From the NCBI GenBank assembly GCA_964576115.1, contig CAZNUA010000038.1, positions 1-33,267 of the forward strand: a stretch of DNA of 33,267 nucleotides. Direction: 5' to 3'. The notes beneath the pieces were generated by a model, which saw only the letters and a list, made by a program, of their open reading frames with translations, searched no databases and was not told where the DNA came from. Position 1 is the stretch's first letter, and every line of letters begins with the position of its first letter. Below, in pieces: positions 28,894 to 33,267 of this stretch. Made by a program: the position numbers and the translations under genes. Origin of the DNA: an uncultured Gemmatimonadota bacterium (GTDB taxonomy: Bacteria; Blakebacterota; Blakebacteria; Blakebacterales; Blakebacteraceae).

Positions 28894-30314
28894 GCCGGAT
28901 TCTGGTACTCGACGACGAGGAGAACATCCGGTTCTTCTTCACCGAAGCGCTGAAGAAGGAGGGCCACGACGTGCGGACCGTGGCCCGGGGAGACCGGGCC
29001 CTGGAGCTCTTTGCCGAAGAAGATTTCGATGTGGCGGTGGTGGATCTGAAGCTCCCCGACGCCGACGGCATGGAGATCATGCATGCCTTCCGCCAACAGC
29101 GCCCCGACACTCCGGTCATCATGATCACCGCCCACGGCAACCGCGAGGTTGCCCATCAGGCTTTGAGCGAAGGCGCCTACGACTATTTCTCCAAACCGTT
29201 CGAGCTCGAGGAAATGCGGGTTGTCATCAGACGGGCGGCCGAAAATGCCAGGCTCCTGCGCGAGGTCGAACGCCTGCGCCGCCAGATGCAGGAAGAGGAG
29301 GTGCAAGGCCCGCGCCTGCTCGGCGAGAGCCGGGCCATGGAGCGGATCAGAGAAACGATCGCGACCGTGGCCGAGAGCGATGTGACCTGCCTGATTCTGG
29401 GCGAGTCCGGCACCGGCAAGGAACTGGCGGCAGAATCGATTCACCGCAGCAGCAGCCGGACCGGGGGGCCGTTTGTGAAGCTCAATTGCGCCGCCATCCC
29501 CGACACCCTGATCGAAACCGAGATGTTCGGGTACGAAAAAGGCGCTTTTACCGGCGCCGCCCAACGCACCACGGGCAAGTTCGAACAGGCCGACGGCGGC
29601 ACCCTCTTCCTCGACGAGATCGGCGACATGACACCCCTGGTACAGACCAAGCTGCTGCGGGTGATCGAAACCGGCGAGTTCCACCGGGTCGGGGGGGCCA
29701 CCAGCGTGAGGGTGAATGTGCGCCTGCTGGCGGCGACGAACCAGGATCTGAGCGCGGCGATCGAGGCCGGCACCTTTCGCGAGGACCTGTACTACCGCAT
29801 CAACGTGGTCAACCTGCCCCTGCCGCCCCTGCGCGAGCACCCCGAGGATATTCCCGTTCTCTGCCGGGCCTTCCTGAAATCGTTCGCCGAGAAATACAAC
29901 AAGCCGGTCCGGGGTGTGAGCGAACCGGTCATGGCCGCTTTTCTGACCTACGACTGGCCCGGCAATGTGCGTGAGCTGCAGAACGTCCTGCAGCGGGCGA
30001 CAGTACTCGAGCGGGGGGATGAAATCACCCGGGTCTCTATCCCCGAGGAGATCGTCGGGTCCTACGGTACGACCCGTATCCACCTGAACGAGCTGCAGGG
30101 AGAGTCCCTGCCCGACGCCCTGCGCCGGGTACGGGCCAGTTTCGAGCAGACCCTGATCCGCGAGGCCCTCGAGCAGGCCGGCGGCAACAAGACCAAGGCC
30201 GCGCGTCTGCTGGGTATCAGCCGGGTGAACCTGCATTCGAAAATCAACGAATACGAGATCGAAAACGGAGCTCAGGGGCAGAAAACGGAATCCGGGCGGG
30301 AGGAAGAAGAGTGA
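28890..30314 (+). CDS. Sigma54-dependent response regulator (PilR/NtrC/AtoC family)
   Basis: REC domain (LDDE, DLKLP, KPF), GESGTGKE, intact GAFTGA, FLDEIGDM, WPGNVREL and Fis-type HTH (GNKTKAARLLGISR). Confidence 0.95.
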   Translation: MSRILVLDDEENIRFFFTEALKKEGHDVRTVARGDRALELFAEEDFDVAVVDLKLPDADGMEIMHAFRQQRPDTPVIMITAHGNREVAHQALSEGAYDYFSKPFELEEMRVVIRRAAENARLLREVERLRRQMQEEEVQGPRLLGESRAMERIRETIATVAESDVTCLILGESGTGKELAAESIHRSSSRTGGPFVKLNCAAIPDTLIETEMFGYEKGAFTGAAQRTTGKFEQADGGTLFLDEIGDMTPLVQTKLLRVIETGEFHRVGGATSVRVNVRLLAATNQDLSAAIEAGTFREDLYYRINVVNLPLPPLREHPEDIPVLCRAFLKSFAEKYNKPVRGVSEPVMAAFLTYDWPGNVRELQNVLQRATVLERGDEITRVSIPEEIVGSYGTTRIHLNELQGESLPDALRRVRASFEQTLIREALEQAGGNKTKAARLLGISRVNLHSKINEYEIENGAQGQKTESGREEEE

Positions 30315-30360
30315 TAAGGCCTGCTTACACGGAAGGGCCAAGTGTTAAGAAGTCTGAACA
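30312..30360. promoter_or_regulatory. Two TGT-N12-ACA-like boxes 31 bp apart (candidate enhancer)
   Basis: 30312 TGATAA-GGCCTG-CTTACA and 30343 TGTTAA-GAAGTC-TGAACA, about 110-160 bp upstream of the -24 element. Confidence 0.55.
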
Positions 30361-30470
30361 CGTTTTCTCTTTCCACGGTGTCTCCCGGAGACGAATCAGG
30401 CGCGGCAATGGTACTGTAAGGTATTGCAAGAAAGCGTTTTACACTGACAGTACTGCGTTCGCGGCAAAAG

Positions 30471-30487
30471 TTGGCATGGATGTTGCG
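30471..30487 (+). promoter_or_regulatory. Sigma54 (-24/-12) promoter upstream of pilC-pilin
   Basis: TTGGCATGGATGTTGCG reads as TGGCAT-N5-TTGC with exact GG-N10-GC spacing, immediately downstream of a sigma54 activator gene. Confidence 0.8.
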
Positions 30488-30508
30488 CTAACATGGGGGT
30501 GCCTGTAG

Positions 30509-31741
30509 ATGGCCCGGTACTACGAATACAAGGTCATTTCCACTGACGGCAGTATCGTCACCGGCGAATCTCAGGCCGACAGTGTGAAGGTCGTGTACGA
30601 TCAGCTGGTGTCACGGGGGTACTCGGTTGTCAGTGTCGAACCCCGCAGCCGGTCGGGCTTCCAGATCGATCTCAGCTTCCTGGACCGTCTGTTCCAGAAG
30701 CCGATCAAGGATGACGACATTGCGACTTTCACAACGCTCTTTGGCACAATGCTCAAGGCCGGGGTACCAATCACCGAAGGTCTGGATGTCATCGTGGCCC
30801 AGACCGGCAATCCGCGGTTCCAGGAGATCCTGACCGAAGTCAAGAGGTCGATTCAGGGTGGCGAGCAGCTCAGCGAAGCCTTCGGGCGATACCCGAAGGT
30901 TTTCGGCCCGCTCTTCCTCAGCCTGGTCCAGGTGGGGGAGATCGGGGGCGGGCTGCCGGAAAACCTGCTCTACCTGGCAGGGATCCTGGAAAGCCAGAAG
31001 GAAGTGAACCAGCGGATCAAGAACGCGATGGTGTACCCGTCAATCATGGCGACCGTCGCGGTCGTGATCGTGACCTTCCTGCTGACCTTCATCATTCCCC
31101 GTTTCGTGGAGATCTTCGAAGATGCCGGGGTGATGTTACCAGGACTGACGCGGGCTCTGCTGGCGACCAGCGGTTTCATCAAGAACTGGTGGTTCCTGAT
31201 CCTGCCCGGACTGATCATCTTCATCGTGGCCCTGCGGGTCATCACGAAGAGCGATCGGGGAGAGTGGTACTGGCACAGCCTGCAGCTCAAGCTTCCCCTG
31301 GTGGGCGATCTGCTGCGCAAGCTCAACATCGCCCGCTTCTCCCGGACCTACGGTTCGCTGCTTTCGCGCGGCGTGCCCCTGGTCGAGACCCTGGATGTGG
31401 TCGCCAACGTGGTCGGCAACAGGGTCATCAAGGAGGTCATCTGGAAGGTACAGCGGCAGATCAAGCAGGGCCGCTCCTTCTCGGAACCCCTGGCCGAGAG
31501 CAAAGAGATCCCGCCCATGGTGGTCCAGATGTTCAGCGTGGGCGAGGAGAGCGGGGCGCTGGATGAGATGGCGATCGAGGTCGCCGACTTTTACGACTCC
31601 GAAGTCGCTCACGAAGTGGACCGCTTGACGACGGTCCTGGAACCGCTGCTCATCATCGGGGTTGGCCTGCTGGTGAGCGTGATCATCCTGGCCTGTCTGT
31701 TACCGATGTTCGACATGATGGCGGTCGCCCGCGGAGGCTGA
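30509..31741 (+). CDS. pilC: Inner-membrane platform protein (PilC/GspF/MshG)
   Basis: Two T2SSF repeats: AGVPITEGL, VGEIGGGL, AMVYP, GEESGALDEM and LEPLLI. Confidence 0.93.
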   Translation: MARYYEYKVISTDGSIVTGESQADSVKVVYDQLVSRGYSVVSVEPRSRSGFQIDLSFLDRLFQKPIKDDDIATFTTLFGTMLKAGVPITEGLDVIVAQTGNPRFQEILTEVKRSIQGGEQLSEAFGRYPKVFGPLFLSLVQVGEIGGGLPENLLYLAGILESQKEVNQRIKNAMVYPSIMATVAVVIVTFLLTFIIPRFVEIFEDAGVMLPGLTRALLATSGFIKNWWFLILPGLIIFIVALRVITKSDRGEWYWHSLQLKLPLVGDLLRKLNIARFSRTYGSLLSRGVPLVETLDVVANVVGNRVIKEVIWKVQRQIKQGRSFSEPLAESKEIPPMVVQMFSVGEESGALDEMAIEVADFYDSEVAHEVDRLTTVLEPLLIIGVGLLVSVIILACLLPMFDMMAVARGG

Positions 31742-31742
31742 G

Positions 31743-31775
31743 AGGCTCCGGGGGACCGCCGACCCCCGGGGCTTT
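31743..31775 (+). other. GC-rich stem-loop between pilC and the pilin gene
   Basis: GCTCCGGGGG (31745-31754) pairs with CCCCCGGGGC (31763-31772), followed by only TTT. Confidence 0.6.
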
Positions 31776-31811
31776 CGACGGAGTGCCCGGTACATTGAGG
31801 AGGCACCGACC

Positions 31812-32255
31812 ATGCTGCACAAGAACGACGACAAAGGTTTCACTCTTATCGAGCTGCTGATCGTCATGGCTCTGCTCGGGGTGCTGGTAGCGGTGATGCT
31901 GCCCAAGTACCAGGATCTGACGCCCGAAGCCAAGATCGTGACCTCGCAGCAGAACCTGGCGTCGATCCAGAGCGCGATCCTGATCTACGCCGCCAAGAAC
32001 CTCGATCCGGTCTTCCCCGACTCGCTCGGCACACTGGCCCAGATGGGTCTCTTCTCCCGCAAGCGGGTGCCGACCGAGAAGATCTCGGGCACGGCCACCG
32101 CCATCAATGATGAGCAGGCCGATGACGCCGACGTGTCCTGCACCAATGCCGGAGGGTGGCTCTACAATCCGCTCACCGGATCGGTCTGGGTGAACATCAA
32201 CGACATCTCGACCTTCCTGCCGACCCAGACCGGGAACCCCTTCGCCGACTGGTAA
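31812..32255 (+). CDS. Probable major (pseudo)pilin
   Basis: Strong GAGGAGG RBS, short leader DDKG/FTLIELLIV, Pro22, 138-aa mature protein, GGWLYNP motif. Confidence 0.88.
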   Translation: MLHKNDDKGFTLIELLIVMALLGVLVAVMLPKYQDLTPEAKIVTSQQNLASIQSAILIYAAKNLDPVFPDSLGTLAQMGLFSRKRVPTEKISGTATAINDEQADDADVSCTNAGGWLYNPLTGSVWVNINDISTFLPTQTGNPFADW

Positions 32256-32365
32256 TCGATCACGGGTCCTGAGAGGCCCACCGCACTCCGTCGATCGATA
32301 CCGGTCTGAAGGGTGACCGGAGACAAAGACGAAGGAAGTCCGAGAACCGAGAAACACTCAGACAG

Positions 32366-32404
32366 AGAAGCACAGTAGAGAAGCACCGCAAAGAAGCACC
32401 GCAG
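32366..32404 (+). repeat. Three imperfect 13-bp tandem repeats
   Basis: agaagcacagtag agaagcaccgcaa agaagcaccgcag. Confidence 0.75.
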
Positions 32405-32437
32405 AAAAAAGCCCCCGCCCAACCGGGCGGGGGCTTT
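32405..32437 (-). terminator. Rho-independent terminator, strongest on the minus strand and possibly bidirectional
   Basis: AAAAAA-GCCCCCGCCC-AACC-GGGCGGGGGC-TTT between convergent genes. Confidence 0.85.
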
Positions 32438-32472
32438 CGCGTTGAGGCCTCCCGCAAAGGCGCGATATGTAC

Positions 32473-32560
32473 NNNNNNNNNNNNNNNNNNNNNNNNNNNN
32501 NNNNNNNNNNNNNNNNNNNNNNNNNNNNNNNNNNNNNNNNNNNNNNNNNNNNNNNNNNNN
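32473..32560. other. Assembly gap (88 N)
   Basis: Run of N. Confidence 0.98.
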
Positions 32561-32616
32561 ACAGACCGGCCGGCCGACCGCCCGACTAACAACCCCTTCT
32601 GACTCGCCCGACGCCC

Positions 32617-33267
32617 TTACAGCGTTGGAAGTAAAATGGTCTCCGTCCTGCTGGCACTGCCTGCCTTCACCGTGACGGTGACGGACAGTCCGATGTGCTT
32701 GCGGTGGTATACCAGGGTCGTGGTTGCCACACCGCTGGCATCGGTTGCCGTGTTCGAGATGACGCTGCCCAGCGTATCGGGCGTCGCAGACCAGCGCACC
32801 TCGACGTTCTCGAGCGGGTTGAAGAGCGAATCGGACACGATCACGCTCAGCTCGAGGGCAACCAGGCTGTCGGAGGCCGGATAGGCCGTTGTATCGGGCG
32901 TGCCCTGGGCGATCGACGAGATGTTCGCGATTCCGCTGGAGATGTACTCGACCGTCGTTGTTGCCGAAAGCGCTCCGTACGTGCCGGTGACCGTATCCGA
33001 TCCGGCGGTCGCGGCCGGAATCAGGTCCACACCGGCCGATCCGCTGGAATTGGTGGTCGCGGAGCTTTCGATGGTCCCGAGCTTAGTGCTGAACGACACC
33101 GCCTTATCAGACACGCCCACCCGGTTGACCGTTTCCACCAGCGAGGCGGTGATGGTCGAGGTACTCGTCCCGCCGGCCGAGAGCGTATCGGGAGAAGCGC
33201 TCAGGGTCATGGTGACCCCGCGCAGGGTGATTGTGTCGGTATCGGTGTTCCCGCCCACCGAGGCCTG
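32617..33267 (-). CDS. 3' end of an Ig-like (Big_1/invasin-type) repeat surface protein (5'-truncated)
   Basis: Frame open to the window edge and Thr/Ser-rich. Big_1-like repeats SPDTLSAGGTSTSTITASL...VSFSTKLGTI..SATTNSSGSA and NPLENVEVRWS...TATDASGVATTTL. Confidence 0.8.
   Translation of the reverse strand, partial: QASVGGNTDTDTITLRGVTMTLSASPDTLSAGGTSTSTITASLVETVNRVGVSDKAVSFSTKLGTIESSATTNSSGSAGVDLIPAATAGSDTVTGTYGALSATTTVEYISSGIANISSIAQGTPDTTAYPASDSLVALELSVIVSDSLFNPLENVEVRWSATPDTLGSVISNTATDASGVATTTLVYHRKHIGLSVTVTVKAGSASRTETILLPTL

Noticed and set aside
248-30341. Long antisense ORFs (e.g. 248-1624, 1754-3361, 10942-13056, 25086-27161, 28797-30341)
   Set aside because: They are shadows of well-supported genes in high-GC DNA and carry no family motifs.
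30311-30508. 65-aa ORF bridging the regulator and pilC
   Set aside because: Atypical low-GC codon usage and no recognisable domain. The region is better explained as promoter and enhancer.
31812-32255. Electrically conductive (e-pilin) candidate
   Set aside because: About 11 aromatic residues in 138, no aromatic at position 27, and not truncated.
1-33267. CRISPR arrays, tRNA or rRNA genes, transposases, integrases
   Set aside because: No repeat-spacer arrays, cloverleaf structures or recombinase motifs were seen.

Overview
GC-rich bacterial window, probably from a draft or metagenomic scaffold (two N gaps). The left half (1-15.5 kb) holds metabolic and proteolysis genes: a BNR/VPS10-type beta-propeller protein, a PAC2-family protein, pepD, an AmmeMemoRadiSam radical SAM enzyme, a lipoprotein, and a minus-strand run nfeD - SPFH - M14 peptidase - M20 peptidase - pyrD. 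An AT-rich divergent control region (15.5-16.1 kb) precedes a 16-kb type IV filament locus on the plus strand. That locus runs four minor pilins, PilM/N/O/P-like proteins, a secretin (split by an assembly gap), a membrane HAMP-GAF-HD-GYP phosphodiesterase, a PilB/MshE ATPase with an MshEN c-di-GMP-binding domain, a sensor kinase, a sigma54 activator, then a -24/-12 promoter, pilC and the probable major pilin. A TGT-N12-ACA palindrome recurs in both control regions of the locus. A partial Ig-like (Big_1) repeat gene converges at the right end. The best candidate for an undescribed system is this MSHA-like filament locus with its own embedded c-di-GMP and sigma54 control circuits. Novelty cannot be established without database searches.
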